This document shows, piece by piece, positions 25,912 through 41,605 of a stretch of 64,000 nt of DNA. The notes beneath the pieces were generated by a model. That model was not told where the DNA came from, did not search any database, and saw only the letters and a program-made list of their open reading frames with translations. The position numbers were made by a program, and so were the translations under genes. Origin of the DNA: Schmidtea polychroa (lineage: Eukaryota); assembly GCA_044892525.1 (NCBI GenBank), contig CM097885.1, positions 45,696,001 to 45,760,000 of the forward strand. The letters run 5' to 3'. How positions within the stretch are numbered: the first letter of the stretch is position 1; each line of letters begins with the position of its first letter.

Positions 25912-28841
25912 CTATATTGATAATATATAAACAAATTATAAAATATATATTATTAATATACATCAACATACAAAAACTTAATTAAAATCATTCAACACAC
26001 AAGTATTCACTGCATTCTGCACATTGATTTTACGATTAAAAGTTCTTATCAATATCACATATCACACGCTCAAAACAAATATCAAAATTTTTTGATAAGA
26101 TTTTAAAATCAGACATTCCTAATTCTCTCAACAGATTTTATTGTGATCTTTAATATTGGACACTCCCTTCCGTCGACAGTGTTCTTGAACTCGAGTACAG
26201 AGATGACGGGAAGTATGTAATTGTTAAATTCCTTATTACATAGAAAAATTATTTGATCATAGTAATAGTAAAAATAAATTTTAATTAATAATCAACAATT
26301 ACTAGGTTAAATAACGAATCGGTAAAGCTAATAATTATGACAAAATAAATAAAAGTTACATTTAAGCAAACAATGTTCTGAAGTTGTTGAAATGTAATAC
26401 TTAAAATAGTTGTAATATTTCACAAAGAGTAGTTTAAAATCAAAGCCTAATAAAATCAAACTTACTTATCAAAGGTTTAAACTATTTATTAAATATATGG
26501 TTTAATTAAACAATTATTTATTTTAAAATGAAGAATGAATTTTTTTTTAAATCAGAGAAACAAGTTCAACGACAAAACTTTACGTTAATCTCTGTCTGCA
26601 GAAATTATAATACTCCCAAAAGGTTGTTGTTAAATTCGTAATAAAACGACGGGGAAAATAATTTTCCAAATAATTAATTCATGGTGTAAAAAAGACGAAT
26701 TCAGTAGTGAATTTATTATTCAAACTAATAGTAATCTTTATAAATTAATTAATTTTTGATTTGTCTTCAAATATTTTTTGGACTTTTGATTACGCTTATT
26801 AATTCATTTCTTGTTCTTCACAAGAAAATTAATCATTCATTTATTTTTATAATTGTATTTTAAAAAGTTGATTTTAATACTAATAAATACAGTAAATAAT
26901 CTCTATTTATCAGCAACAACATTGTTCTTAATAAATTAAAAAAGAAATTGTTGATTAACATCATATAAATATCAGAAATTTGTTTAATGTTTATTAATAA
27001 TGCATTAATGTTAGTTTTTATTACAAATCTTACAAAATAATCTTGTAATTTAACTCAAATTTGACAGGGAGATTTTTAATAAAAACCTTGAATACAATAA
27101 ATTCTGGTTTATAATGAGTTGCTCTGTCGGTTCTTTTATTTAGCAATTTTAAAATGTTTGACATAGTCTTACCAGATCAAACAACACCTTCAACAATTTT
27201 AACATTTTTTATGGAAAAGATACACAAATCTTAGTCTTTAATCAGTGTACAAATTTACAGCCTTATTGCCTTTAAAAATCTCATATTCTTCCAGTTAAAC
27301 ATGAATAATATAATTGATAATTAACTAAGTTATTAATTATCACACCTATAATAAATTTTTAAATAAATAAATTTTATTTAAATTTTACAACACCTAGTTA
27401 CAAATTCCATTCAATAAAACAATAATTATTTTTATTTTCAAAATAATATATTTATGAATATGCTCAAAATATACTTGTATTTTATATTACATATATAAAA
27501 TTTCGTAATTACAGTTTTTTAAGACAAATTAGGTTTTACAATAATTATTATTTAATAATATTTACAATAATAGTAATAATAAATGAAATAAACCGACAGT
27601 GATATTAAGTGACTAAAATATAAAAAGAAAATTCAAAAAAATTCAAAAACTTGAATTTTCAAGCATGATCGTTTTATAATCTTTAAAATTTGCTAACTAT
27701 AGACCAGTCTACCTCAAACTGTTTTGTAATTTGAGCAAGTAATTTTTATGGTTGAGCACCACAAACTGAAAAAATGTCTAATCTAGTTCTCAATGTTAAA
27801 TCAGTTCGATTCTGTTTTTCTGGTATTAAGGAAGATCTTTTTTTAGTTTATAGAATCAAATCTTTTCATAGAATCAAATTCAAATTCATAAATTAATATT
27901 TATTTATCTTGGCGAATAAATAAAAATATTAAAATAAACGATAAAATGGAGAATAAAAGTAGGTAGATGATGACCCTCTGCATCGTGACCATCAGGTGTA
28001 CCACTTCTCCCTAATGCTGTGTCTCTATGGGTATAGACGGTTAATGGGATTTTCAAAGATATTTTTAAATTATTACCATAATTTGTCAGAAGACATCGTT
28101 TCTTAAAACATGTTACCATAAATATTAATTTATTTCTGTAATTTACGTATTTTTTAATTATTACCCTAATTCTCAGTCGGCATTGCATATTCAAAATATT
28201 TTACTATAAATTTAAAATTTATTACTTATTTTGAATTATTCCTTAAATTTACTCTATTTTTAAATTATTACCTTAATTTTTCACATGTCCTCGATCCTTC
28301 AAAATATCTTACCTAAACAATACGTAGACTTTTATAACTTAAGCTTAAATCTGTGTAACAAAATCCTGGAACCTGAAAAATACTTAAACTTTTCATCGTG
28401 AAAAATATTTAAGTAAAACATTTTTTTCTTCATGAATATTTGACTTGAAAATGAATAGTATGTAAAGCTTTAGATTTTTTAAAAATAAACTGAACTTTTT
28501 TATTTAAAAATTATTTTAGTGTTTTATATCGATAAATAATACTTAGGGTTTCTCATTGAAAATTAATTTTTATTCTTTTTAATTGAGAAAAAATTACTGA
28601 GACTTTTTAGCGAGAAATTATTTAGGCTTTGCTTTTTTAGAAAGAAATTATTTCTAGACTTTTTAACGAGAATAAATCTAGTTAATTTTGAACTAAAATA
28701 TATTTTAGTCAAAAAATCCACTACACCTCTGCATCGTGTAAAAACCCATTATCCCAATGCACCCATCGGGAAAGGAGTACACCAGATGGTCACGATATAA
28801 TATAAGATAATTGTGTTTTTTATGGATAATAATTAGATTAC

Positions 28842-28986
<145 letters not shown>

Positions 28987-30012
28987 GTATAAAATGATGA
29001 TTGCTTGGTAGCAGCATTTATTATTTAAAACAGTAAAATGATAATTTAAGCATTTTGCTGCAAATTCTTTCATTAAATACATTATTTGCAGCAAAAGGCT
29101 TAAATTATCATTTTATTATTTTAAATAATAATAATAATAATAATAAAATTTCAAAAAATAAGTTAATGAATTTTAAGAAAAGCAAATTAAAATAAATAAT
29201 CAGACTCTTTGTGAGGCTTCTCAAGTTTTTGCAAGTTTTAAAAATTTTATTTCTAAATATTAAATTTAATTGCTAAAATGAAGATAAAAAATTTGGTGGA
29301 ATAGGTAGATACTGACTCTCTCCAGCATTTTGTAAAAATGGATAAAAGTACTTAATTACTTTATATAGATATTAATAATCTTTACATTTGAACTATAAGT
29401 CAACGATTGCATTGTGGCGAATTTAGTTGGGTACTAGATGGACTTTATTTTATATTGGCTGAATGTTTAACTTTGAATCATGAATTTGAGATTATGTACT
29501 ACTGATAAAAAGTTTCTAACCTTTACATTAAAAAATACTTTTAAAAAATCATTTAAAATTGACAACTTTGACGACATCTGGTACAAAACCTCCCAGAGAC
29601 CTAAAAATTACTTAAACCTTTTTAATGAGAATTTATTTTAGGATTTTTATTGAGAGCTGAATTCCCGACACAAAAATCCCTGAGACTTAAAATGCCTCCA
29701 CACTATTGTGTGATATTCACATACTTCAAATTGACATAAATATTTTAATTATATATAACTTAATTGCGTAATTAAAGATTAATCCGGATTAAATACATAA
29801 TTACGTAAATAATCTAATGAGGGTAAGGGTAACATTGAATGGTCAGTAGGATGCAAAGGGCCAATATCGACTTACTCTATCAATTTCATATAAACTTATT
29901 TTCTTATTAACCAATCATTACTGTTGAAATATGTAAATTTTTATTGGTTGAAAATTGTGAAGAAATTGGAATTTTGAAATAATATTCCATAATCTATAAC
30001 TTTTCACAAAAA

Positions 30013-30454
30013 ATGAATTCTTCAATTCAAATTTCGATTGTGTTTTTATTGGAAATTTTCATTTCTATCAATGGAAGACAATTGAAATCACTAAACAAAA
30101 TTGATTTTGGTGAGGGCAAATTTTTGTCTGGTATTCCAATTAATTTATCGTCAAATTTATCGCCGGTTCGCGGTTATTTTGGAATTCGTTACGCTTCATT
30201 GGGCAAAATCAAAAATGCTGTTTACACAGAAAATCGATTTGATCCTCCGGTGGCGTCGTTTTTCTACGAGGAATTTACTGGAGATTTTATTCAAGATAAA
30301 TTTGGTCCGGTTTGTCCTCAAAATTTACCAAATATGACAGATTTTAATAATAACAGAAACAATTATAACTCTTATTGGCATCACATTAAAAGGATATTAC
30401 CATTTTTGGAAAATCAGGACGAAGAATGTTTGACTTTAAATATTTACGTTCCAG
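30013..30454 (+). CDS. First coding exon of a neuroligin-like / carboxylesterase-family protein (host gene)
   Basis: Hydrophobic N-terminal signal, YFGIRYA, RFDPP, GPVCPQ, LPFLENQDEECLTLNIYVP, and a canonical donor CAG|GTGAG at 30454/30455. No downstream exon recognised in the window. Confidence 0.88.
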
Positions 30455-32199
30455 GTGAGATTTCATTCATATTATATATAAATAAACAAATATATGAATT
30501 GAAATTTGAAATAGAAAATTATATCTTTCTTTAAATTCTTAATATTGTTGTTTAAAACAATTTATTCTTGTAATGATATCAAAATCATTTCATTGATGTT
30601 TTTTTAGCTTTTGAAACTTTCACTACAATAATTATTTACAAAATAATTCATATTTTTTTCTGTAATTTTTAATAATGTATTAATACACAATTATGTGATA
30701 AAAATTTACAAATTAGTTTAAGTGAGAAATATAAATTTTATTTATGCAAATAATTATAAAATTCGAAATATATATTTTGTTTGAATTCGTCTTGTTATAT
30801 ATTATACTTAATCAAATTTACACGTACTTCAATTTTTTTGAAATAATTATTTTAAGATTTTATGCAATTTTATCATTTTTAATAATAAAACGAAAATATA
30901 TGTTAATAAAAATTACGCGGGATAGATTTAAGAAAAATACTTTATTCATTTATATTGTAATTGATATATCTTTTAATATATTTTGATGTCATTCTAATAT
31001 ATTAAGAATCATTTTATGAATAATTTTAACTGCAGTTGCTGATTTGTATATCCTTCTAAACATACAAAATCTGTTCATCTGGATTAAATAAATTATTAAA
31101 ATATTATTTAATATTAAAATTTGAAAATGAAACTTCATAAAAATAATAAAATCTTAAATATATCAATAATTTCTTTACAACTCCTATATTTTTATAATCA
31201 GTCGAGATTTAAATTATGAAAATGTTATAAAAAAAATTTGAAAGAAAAATTAAAGAAATCAAATAGAAAATTTTAAAATTTTGTTATTTTTATTTTGAAA
31301 TATAAATACAGTAGATTTTATTAAAGTAAAATAAGAACTTTTTTCCAATTTCACCACTGATTTCTTTTCCATTGACATTGTATTTATTAAAAAAAGCTTG
31401 ACTATGAATCAATAAATATATCGAAGTTTTTTTTGATTTTCACAAATTTTCGGCACTCCCTTTTTCAAGTCATTTTGATTAAAGCCACTTGAAAAAGACA
31501 GTGACGAAAATTTGTGAATATCAAAAAAACATCGATATATTTACTGATTCATAGTCAAGCTTTTTAATATATAAGTTTTTCAACGTTAAAAATTTGCAAG
31601 ATGCATACATGAATACTAATAATGTAAAAATTTATTTTTTGATGCTTTTTCTGCTTTTAACTCTTACAAAAAACGAACGATAGAATGAATGTACAAAAAA
31701 TTCGTTTGTTTCATACGAGAAAATTTTCGCACCATAATTGAATTTGAATTTTTTAATCTAGTATTCTGTGTTTGATTTCATTTTTAATGGATAACACTCA
31801 GAACTCATTGTTTGTGTTTAAAGTCGTGTTCAGTCATTTCAGAGATTTTATAATTTGAAAGTTAATATACATTATTTTCATATTTTGCTAAAAAGACAAC
31901 ATTAACCATGGCAAAATGGGAAATTATACATAGTCGTTCAGAAACTAACGAAAATGATTGTTGTTTGTGGCACTGCAAAAGCCAATAAATTGGGAAAAAT
32001 ATCGTCTGAAAGTATAAACACATACTACATCAAGTGCAGTTTAGTCACAATGATCTAGCAAAGAGCCAACATCTTTTAATGTAAAAGAAACGAAAAAATA
32101 AAGGAAATACCAAGAGAAGGTGTCCTGTCAAAATAGCCTGAGACAAAATAGCTCCGTCAAAATAGCTTTACAAGACTTATTTATTTTCCTAAATTTATT

Positions 32200-32237
<38 letters not shown>

Positions 32238-32699
32238 ATTTCAAGAAATAAGGAGTATGATTATTTCCCATCTTACAAGGCTAATAGAAAATGATTTGAA
32301 GTTTTCAATAAAAAGAGCAGGGCTGGATTCGAGACCCAGTTTCTTTTTCAATTTCTGCAAGTCCAGAACTTAATATTTAGGAAAAAGAACAACTTATCGA
32401 CATATCAAACGAAACACTATTCGTTCGTTTCAATACTTCATCATGTGCCAAATTTTGGATGTCTCTTCAAAACGAATATACACAAAATATTGGAAAGGCT
32501 AAACTCACATTGCGTCAATTGGTTTCTACGTATTTGTGTGAGACAGGATTTTTAAAACTAACCGTGCTCATAAAACAATTAAAAGTGTGCCCAAGTTTTT
32601 ATTAACAGTGCACATAAAATTATTGAATTTGTGCTAAAAATAATTTAAAAATGTGCTCAAAATTTTACAAAAGTGTGCTGAAAACATCTTTTAATTTTA

Positions 32700-33830
32700 A
32701 GTAAGTGACAAAATACCTCATTTTTTTAAGTTTTGGACACTTGAAGTCCGATTGTTCCCATTGTCGATTGGCGATTATCAATATATTTTGACCTTATATA
32801 TTATGATGTGTTACCATTTTTTGTACATGTGGTTGCTGTCGGCTTTCTTGAAAAAATCTTTGGATGATTTGCTGATGTATGATCTCGTTTGAGTGACCAG
32901 TTTTTAGCAACATCAAGTGCTGTTTTTAAGAATTCTGACACTTACATTCTGTTCCGAAAAGTCGATTCTTTTTTTAGAGTGCTGTTAATGGACTCTAGGC
33001 CATTATTTGTGGAATGAATTTGTTATGGCATCTGCGGCATCAGCAATCAATCCAACGGACCCATGATTTGGTAAAACTGGTTGGTAAGTTGCTTAAAGTC
33101 CTACTTGCAGGCTTTCAAACATAAATTTAAAATCTTCTTGTCTTTCATTTGTGCACACTGAAATTCCAAATGGACGAAACACTTTATCCATGTCACTGAT
33201 GCCACAAATAAGGACAGGAAAATTGTTCCAAATTAGTTTGTAAGTGCTGTCTGTATGAATGAACTTTGATATTGATGAGATTGATAACAAGCGTCTAGTT
33301 GTGACAAAAAATGAGAATGACTCTCTCTCTCTATATTGGGATGTTGAATTTGTTGACTGGAAATGTTTGCTGTTCATCATCATTATCTATTTTTAGTTGA
33401 TAAAGAATGAATGGAGAATCTAAGTCTTCTGTAATGGTTGCATTTTTCTAGATTTTGCATTTCTCGAGATTTTGAATTTGACCCTTTTAAAGTTTGAAGA
33501 AAGTTAAAAAGTTGTCTATCATTTGGAATTTCAATTTCAGCTGGTAAAAGCTTATTTATAAACAAATTCTGGCTGATGAGCGTTGGTTTCTTGACTCCAA
33601 GTTGTAACAGGTTTTTGATGGCTTCCTTTGTTGCTGGATTAATTACTCTTTTGGTTATGTTTTCTAAGATTTCGTCATGATTGTGATTGCAGGCGGTTTT
33701 AAAGTGGACTACACTATGATTACAAGATTACAACGGTACAACTCTTTGCGTCCATCTTCGGTGTCATATGCTTTATCAAATGACCAAAGTTTGTTTCTTG
33801 AGAGCCATTCAACTGCTTGATCTCTAGGGT
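32700..33830 (-). mobile_element. MULE/Mutator transposase pseudogene with an internal deletion
   Basis: HTDSTYKLIWNNFPVLICGISD (D1), then LIADAADAIT (D2) almost directly joined to STNNGLESINSTLK (E). TGTGC-rich repeats on both flanks. Confidence 0.85.
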
Positions 33831-35258
33831 GGTTATTAACTGTGCACATAAATTTATTAATAGGGAGGATAACTTCTCTTTGATAATTAATTTATCTACC
33901 CTATTAAATTGTTTTCGAGTTAATTAAATTAATTTATGTGCCCAATTAATAAATCCATGAGCATAGCGATTTCTTTATGTCAAATAATTAATTAATTATT
34001 ACATATTATAAATCCATGATCACAATCAAGTAATTCATTAGCACAGTAATCTTTTTTTTAAGCACATTTAATTTTTTTTTAAGCACATTTTTAAGTATTA
34101 TTTCTTTAAAAGACTTTTGTAAGAAATAGTATAGATTTTTTTGTAATTTAATGTAATTATTGTAATTAAATAATCATATTTTGTAGTTGAAGATTTAGAA
34201 ACAAATAATAATGTCTATTTGTTTTAAGGTGAATTATATCCAATTTATTGTCAAAATAAAGACCATGTCAATTTCTCCACGGTTAGTTGAAAAAAGCAAC
34301 TACTTATAAAGCAAAAGTAGTAACACTGAAAGATATAGATATAAAACACCAATCCAATATAAATTGTAATCTGCAAAATCAAATAATGAAAGCAAGACAA
34401 ACACGTATTGGTAGCAATACCCATCAAATATATATATATTTATAACTTACAAATAATAATAACTAAAGATTATGGGCTGGGAAAAACAAAAGTCTTGCAT
34501 TTGGTCAATATAATATTCAATAAAAGTAAAATTATTATTATATCATCTTAGTTATTTTTTAATCAGCATTTATTCCCATCAATTCAAAGGCAAACATCAT
34601 CAATATTTGACATCATTGTTGTAATTTTCATCAAAAAATTTTATAAATTTGTTGCTTTTCCCACTATAATGACTTAAAATAAATTTTGTTATATAAAAGA
34701 TTTACAAAAATATATAAGAAATTATTCATCTGTAAAAACTTTAAAAAATAAATTCCAACAAATTCAAAGTAAATGACAAAAATTGAAATAAATTGCATAA
34801 ACATCATGAAATATCCAAATAAATTACATAAAAATCAAATTCAAAAAACATCAAGTTAAATAACCAAAACATAAATCAAAATATTTCAATTTCAGGTAAT
34901 TACATCAAAATATTTTGCATAGAATTAAAATAATTTATTTTTCTCCATGAATGATAAATACATGATAAATTTCACCGAAATGAAAAAAAACATGGCTGCA
35001 GCGTAAACAACTCAATTTTTAAAGTATTTTTATGCTTTTTGGTTGAAAATTAAATTTTGCTTATATATCATATCACTGAAACCCCGATGGAATTATTTTA
35101 TCTATGTGAAATGTAACCCAACGAAAAACGTTCGAGGATACCCCTACCTAGGTTTAAGTTTGTTTAACTATTTGTTTCAGTCATACTCGTATTATTTCTA
35201 TTCATCTAATTTTTCTCTTGTCGTTCACCTAATTTCCTCTTAGCATTTCTAATATATA

Positions 35259-38200
35259 CAGGCCTCGGAAGAGGGGGGGGAAGGGTCACGAGGGTCTTTT
35301 GGCATGGGCCTCTTAATTTAGGGGGCCCCAAATAACACTATTTGATACTACACCAAACGATCAAAAAATGTTTTTTTTATGTTTTTTTACGTAGGGCAAC
35401 AATTTTTTTCTAAGATAAAATATAATTTAACTAAAGAATAGGAGGCCTTATTTTTGGTGTTATTATATTTTCGCTTTTCCTGAGATTCTCATTTTTTTTC
35501 ATTATTATTATTATTTTTTTTTTCATTAAAATTATTATATAAAAGTTTATTAGCAGTTTGTCTTTGACGTTGTTTAAATGTTTTAAAGTTAAATTGTTTA
35601 AATTTGATTTTTTTAAACTACATAAAATTAGGAAAACGGGTAATTTATTTTTTTTTGGCTTTGATTATTGATAATAAATAAAAATAAATAAACTAGGGCG
35701 GTAATTGAAACATGAAGAGGACCTATGAAAGCGATGCCAGCAAAAGGCAAAAGAAAAAACTTCAGGAGTCAGCTATTAAAAGTTAAAAACCTATTTCACA
35801 TTTTTTCAATACAGATTCATCAAATCAAGCAGAAAGGCCTCCAATATTTAATAATGAAGATTCCGCGGTTCAAACTACAGCAAATACAGTTAGAGAAATA
35901 GAGGAATTTGATGATAATACCATTGAAAACATTGAGAGTTTAATTACTGTGCGAAATGATGTAGTTTGTGCAATGGAATTACATGATGATAGCGTGCAAC
36001 CTGAAAGTGAAATTGAAGTAAACATACTGAATATTGAAACAATAATGTGTTCCGATATTGGAATGTTAGATAAAAATAACCAGGCTCAAATACAAGCATT
36101 TATGAAAATTACTCGGTTTGAAATCTCAAAAAATATTTCAAAAGATGCCGCCAACCGTGGATTTCCATATCGTTTACTTTCAAAGAACCTTTGCGAATGG
36201 AGAAACGTGTGATAGAGACTGGATATGTTGGAGCGTCAAAAACCAATCAATTTATTGCGCACCATGTTACATTTTGAATAACAATAACATTTTTCATATT
36301 TAACGGATAAATTGTGATACACCATAAAAAATGGTTGGAAAAAGTTAAATGACCGGATACCATCTCACGAAAATTCTATTTTACACAAGGAAATGTATAT
36401 TTCGTGGAAAAATGCACAAAAAGCTGCTTTGAATAATCGTGTATTAGATAACTTGTTGGTAAAAGAACTTAAAAACGAAGTTACATATTGGAAAAAGCTT
36501 TTGGAACGTTTTCTTGATATAATATTTTTTCTATCCGAGAGAGGACTAGCTTTTTTTGGATCTAATGAGCGCATTGGAAATCCAAATAATGGCAATCCAA
36601 ATGGGCTTAGTTGAACTTCTAAGTAAATATGATGCGATATTATCAGAACATGTTACAAAAGTTCGAGCATCACAAAAAGAAAAAAAAGATTACAAGTTCA
36701 TTATCTTTCAAATAAAATTCAAAATGAGTTTATCGACCTATGTGGCTCATTTGTTCAAAAAAAAATTATCGATGAAATTAATAACACTAGGTATTTTTCT
36801 ATTATTGAGGATGCAACTCCAGATAAATCTCATAAAGAGCAAACTACTTTGATTATTCGTTATGTTAAATTAAGCGAATTGGATTTTTCAATTGAAGAAC
36901 GCTTTATATCTTTTGATGATTTTTCAGAAAAAACTGGTAAAGAAATTGCTAGTCGCTTATTGTGTAGATTAAAAGATTTAAACTTGAATTTTCAAAACTG
37001 TGTTGGGCAAGGATATGATAATAATGCCAATATGGCTGGAAAATATAACGGCGTGCAAGCGCTTCTTTTGGTCGAAAATTCCAATTGCATGTTCTGTAGC
37101 TGCGGTAATCATACTTTAAGACTCAGCAGAATCCTGTAAAGAAGCAATAACATTCTTTGGAACTATTCAGAAAATATATAACTTTTTCAGCAGTAGTCCA
37201 AAAGGATGGGAGATTTTCAAAAAAACATCTTCACGGAATTTCTTTACGCAACATTTCAAAAACTAGATGGTCTGCAAGAATAGATGCTGTTAAGCCAGTG
37301 GCCCTTCATTTAAAATCCTTATTATCAGCCGTAAACGAATTTGAGTTATTCAGTCTTACAGCTGATGCTCAGATTCAGATTGAATCATTTAAAAAATATT
37401 TATCAACATTTGAATGTGTCTTGATGTCTACAATTTGGATGTAGGTTTTGGTTCTATTGCATGAAACAAATCTAATTCTCCAAGCGCGGAAATCAACATT
37501 GACAACAAAAAAAATTAATATTGATAAACTTATTGAAGATATAAAGGAAATTAAAAATGCATGGGCTTCGGTTCTTTTAGTCAAAGAAAATTGCAGCAAC
37601 TAATAACGTTGTTACAGAATTTATTACAAATCGTCAAATAAAAGATCAAGTATCTGCAGAAGCATATTTTTACAACCACATTTTTAACGAGATCATTGAT
37701 TCTATAATAAATAGACTTACGCGAAGATTTAAAGCTGTTTCCTCTATATGTAACTTATTTGAAGTTTTATGGAATTTTAATAAAATGGAAGAGAAGAGGT
37801 TAATTAAAGCAGCAAGAATTTTACAAACAAAATAAGAAAATCAAATACATGAAGAAATTCTGGAAGAATTTAAATTTCTTAAAAGAGTTTATAAATCAAA
37901 TTTTAAAGGCTGCAAGAAACCGTGTGAGCTTTTAAAAGAAATAATCGAAATGGGGTTTTTAAATATTTATCCAAATATTGCAATTGCTCTGAGAATATTT
38001 TTAACCTTGCCAGTTAGCGTAGCAGAGGCAAAGAGGAGTTTTAGCGTACTCAAACGGATAAAAAATTATTTAAAATCAACCATGATACAGGATCGTGTAA
38101 ATGGTCTGGCGAGGCTAAGTATTAATTGGGATATAGCTAGAAATTTGGACTATTCTGAAATTATAAGTTCTTTGCAGCTTTAAAGGCTCGAAAGACGCAT

Positions 38201-38369
38201 TTTTAAATTTTAATTAATATTACTTTGATATTTATACTTTGATATTCGGAATATATTTTTTTATTTTTGAAATAATAATTTTTTATCAGTAAAAATTTCA
38301 TTTTTTGTATATTTTACATTATATAGGGGGGCACATATAATGTCAGACCTAGGGCTCCAATAGGCTCTG
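35259..38369 (+). mobile_element. Near full-length hAT transposon (ZMYM1/Tip100-like transposase), decayed
   Basis: Ends CAGGCC...GGCTCTG with an 8-bp TSD candidate AATATATA/TATATATA. Transposase motifs ERGLAF, YLSNKIQNEF, DATPD..HKEQ, GQGYD..ANMAG, CxxH, TRWSAR, YPNIAIALRIFLTLPVSVAEAKRSFS. Many frameshifts and stops (coding span about 35712-38206). Confidence 0.92.
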
Positions 38370-39191
38370 TATATATAGCAGGTATGCTAGAGGGCTTTTC
38401 AGCAGACTTTTTCAAGTGTTGTTGTTGTTTAGGTATTTTATTATGGTTTTTGTAAATCCAATTTATTAACCAATATTCATTAGCTAGTTTTGTTATATAA
38501 TCTACTATTTTGACTCTCTTTGACCATTATTTCAACATTAAGCATTCTGAAATTAATATTAAAACTGATCTGTTTAGTTCTAGAAGGTATTTATGTTTGA
38601 AACAGTTAAAATATGAAATGAAATAAACTTTACCAAAAATGCAAATCAAAGTTATATAAAATTTATTTATTTTACAATTTTTTCTAATATCAAGCATTAT
38701 TTTTTTTTCATTTTCTAGGTAGATTTCAATAATTATGTTTTTCAATATTTTTTGGATTTTTTAATTTTTATAATATTTATTTAAACTAAAGTTAATTAAA
38801 CAGTAAATTAAATATAACATTTCCAGATTTTCATATTGCTCATTATCAAAAAAGTAAATTAATATAATGAGTATTTGTAATTGTATGTTACAGCATAAAT
38901 ACTGTATACATTATTATTTATACAATATCAGTAATTATAAGAAAGTATATAGATGAAATTTCGAATCAAACTAAAAAATTTTAAAATATTTTTATAGAGG
39001 AAAACAAGAAAATAAAATTTATGTATATTTTATAAATTTATATGTTATTTTTTCAAACAGTTTTCCTAATCACTTAAATGAACAGATGTTCCAAAGGAAT
39101 AACTGTGTTAGAATTATTATTTTAGGACAAGTATAAGTTATATTTCTCAAGAAAAAATTCATTATGACTTTTTGAATGACATTTTTAAATG

Positions 39192-39345
<154 letters not shown>

Positions 39346-39359
39346 GTAATAATAATAAC

Positions 39360-39437
<78 letters not shown>

Positions 39438-41605
39438 TTAACAAATTAAAAATAATTTAATATTAATTATAAAATATAAGATATTTCAATTAAAAAATGA
39501 TTTGAATATCGCTCCCACGATAATTGTTATTATTTATCAATTTAATGAATAATTTTCACGCATCGGATATTTAATTTAAATATTTTCTAATATTCATAAA
39601 TATTTGTCCATTTATTTGGCATTACATATAATAAATACTGTCAGAATATCATTTTAAAATATCATATTTATAAGCAGAGTTAAATATATCTAAAAATTTG
39701 TTTTAATCTTTTGAAAAAATTTTGACACATTTTCATTTTTACTAATATTTGAAAATTGTATATGTTTTCAAATATATTAATTTATAATTTTAAATTTGGA
39801 AATTCTTTCTTAAGACACTAAAAACATTATTATGTTTAAATGTATAAAAGTTTAAAAATTTAAAAAAATTTAAAATTAAAAAATAATTAAAATATTTCAG
39901 AAAGGTGTAAACCCTTCGAAGTTTTGAATAAAATGTTACACCACATTAGCTTTAATAAATCTACCAATATTTATATTAAACCTATATTTCTTAAGAACCT
40001 CTTCAACTATATTGCCACTATAAAATCCAATAATTTCTATCATTTTGTTGTTGAACAATGAATCATTTAATGCCAAATATTTTGCTGTTTATAGAATATT
40101 CAACTTCTCAAATTAACTCAAAGAAATTGCGGAAGGAATCACTCTTTCTTTGCAACCTTTGCAACACACATAACGAATAAAGTTTTTTCATCAAATATTT
40201 AATGTTTATAAACTTTCCTTAAATTTATGTGGGTTAAAAAATATTGAACTGAAACAAAAGAAAAATCTTAATTCCTAATGACTTATTTCGGTCAAATTTA
40301 TAAGAGTATAGGTAATGACAGAAAATTGAGTTTTAATAAAATATTCTAAAATGTTCTATTGACAAAGAGCCCTGATTCAAAAATTATTTATATATTTATA
40401 TTTGGATATTATTTACACTAAAAACAAAAGAAAAAATAACTCAAAATGTAAAAAAATACCAAACGATATCTACAGGTAATTTACACAAAATACTAAACCT
40501 TACAAAAAGTGTTTAAATTTTGTTTGCAAAAAATGAAAGTCAAGACTTCCTTTATTAAATGATAATATATCAACAATTAGCTTTAATAATTCTAAAACAT
40601 TTTCTTTTATATTTAAATGTTTTTTAAATAATCAAATAATTATTCATTAAAATTAATACAAAATTTATGATTATATTTAATTTTTTTCTTGTTATAATAA
40701 AGCAAAACATAAAGATGACAAAAAACATAAATTAGTAAAAAATCTTTTTTAAAATAAATGTTTAAACTTAAAATATTGTTAAATATTGCAACTTGTTTCA
40801 TCTGTTAATATTATTATGTATTCCTTAAACATATATTTTTATTATGTCATATATTTTATTGTCACTAAAAAAATACATTTTTAATTTAAATGAAAATTTG
40901 TGGAAAAATATTCGAAATGTGTATTAAAGAAACAAACCTTTCTTCCTGCTTTCTAACGTACATGTGGCAACCGGAAACAGTTTTTGATGTAATTTCAAGA
41001 ATAATTAATATCTTTGTTTTGATTTTTTCCTCAAAATAAATCTATTCTAACAAAGAAATTATGTGGAAATTTCTAGGAAATCATTGAAAGAAATCAAAGT
41101 AATTAGTTACGATTTTTATTTGTTAATTTTGAGTATATAAAAATATAATTAATTTCTTGGACAAATTCCACCGAAAAGAAAATAAGAAAAATCCAATTAA
41201 TACAAATTTTCTAATTAATTTTTTAAGTGTTTTATCCAAATCGATAGTTTCGAATTAGGATCTTTGTAATGAATAAAAATTTCCAAAGATTCTGAAAACA
41301 ATTTTCAAATTTTCCAAATGTCAATTTAAACGATAATAATTTATTATAAGAACATTTTTCAATTTTCACCTCTGATTTCTTTTTAATTGGCATTTTATTT
41401 ATTAAAAAATTGACTATGAATCAGTCAAGATATTGATGTTTTTAATAAATACAAAAATAATTTAATTTAATTTAGTAATGGAATATATAAATCTGTGCAG
41501 TGCTCATGCATACATATAATTATTAGTGGCATACAGTCAGAATCAATGGAAAAATGCAAAATACATCTGGTTTTATCAATATCCATCAAAATGACAATTG
41601 ACCAC

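Noticed and set aside
30455..30534. C-terminal extension of the 173-aa ORF
   Set aside because: Read-through into the intron after the CAG|GTGAG donor; family similarity ends at NIYVP.
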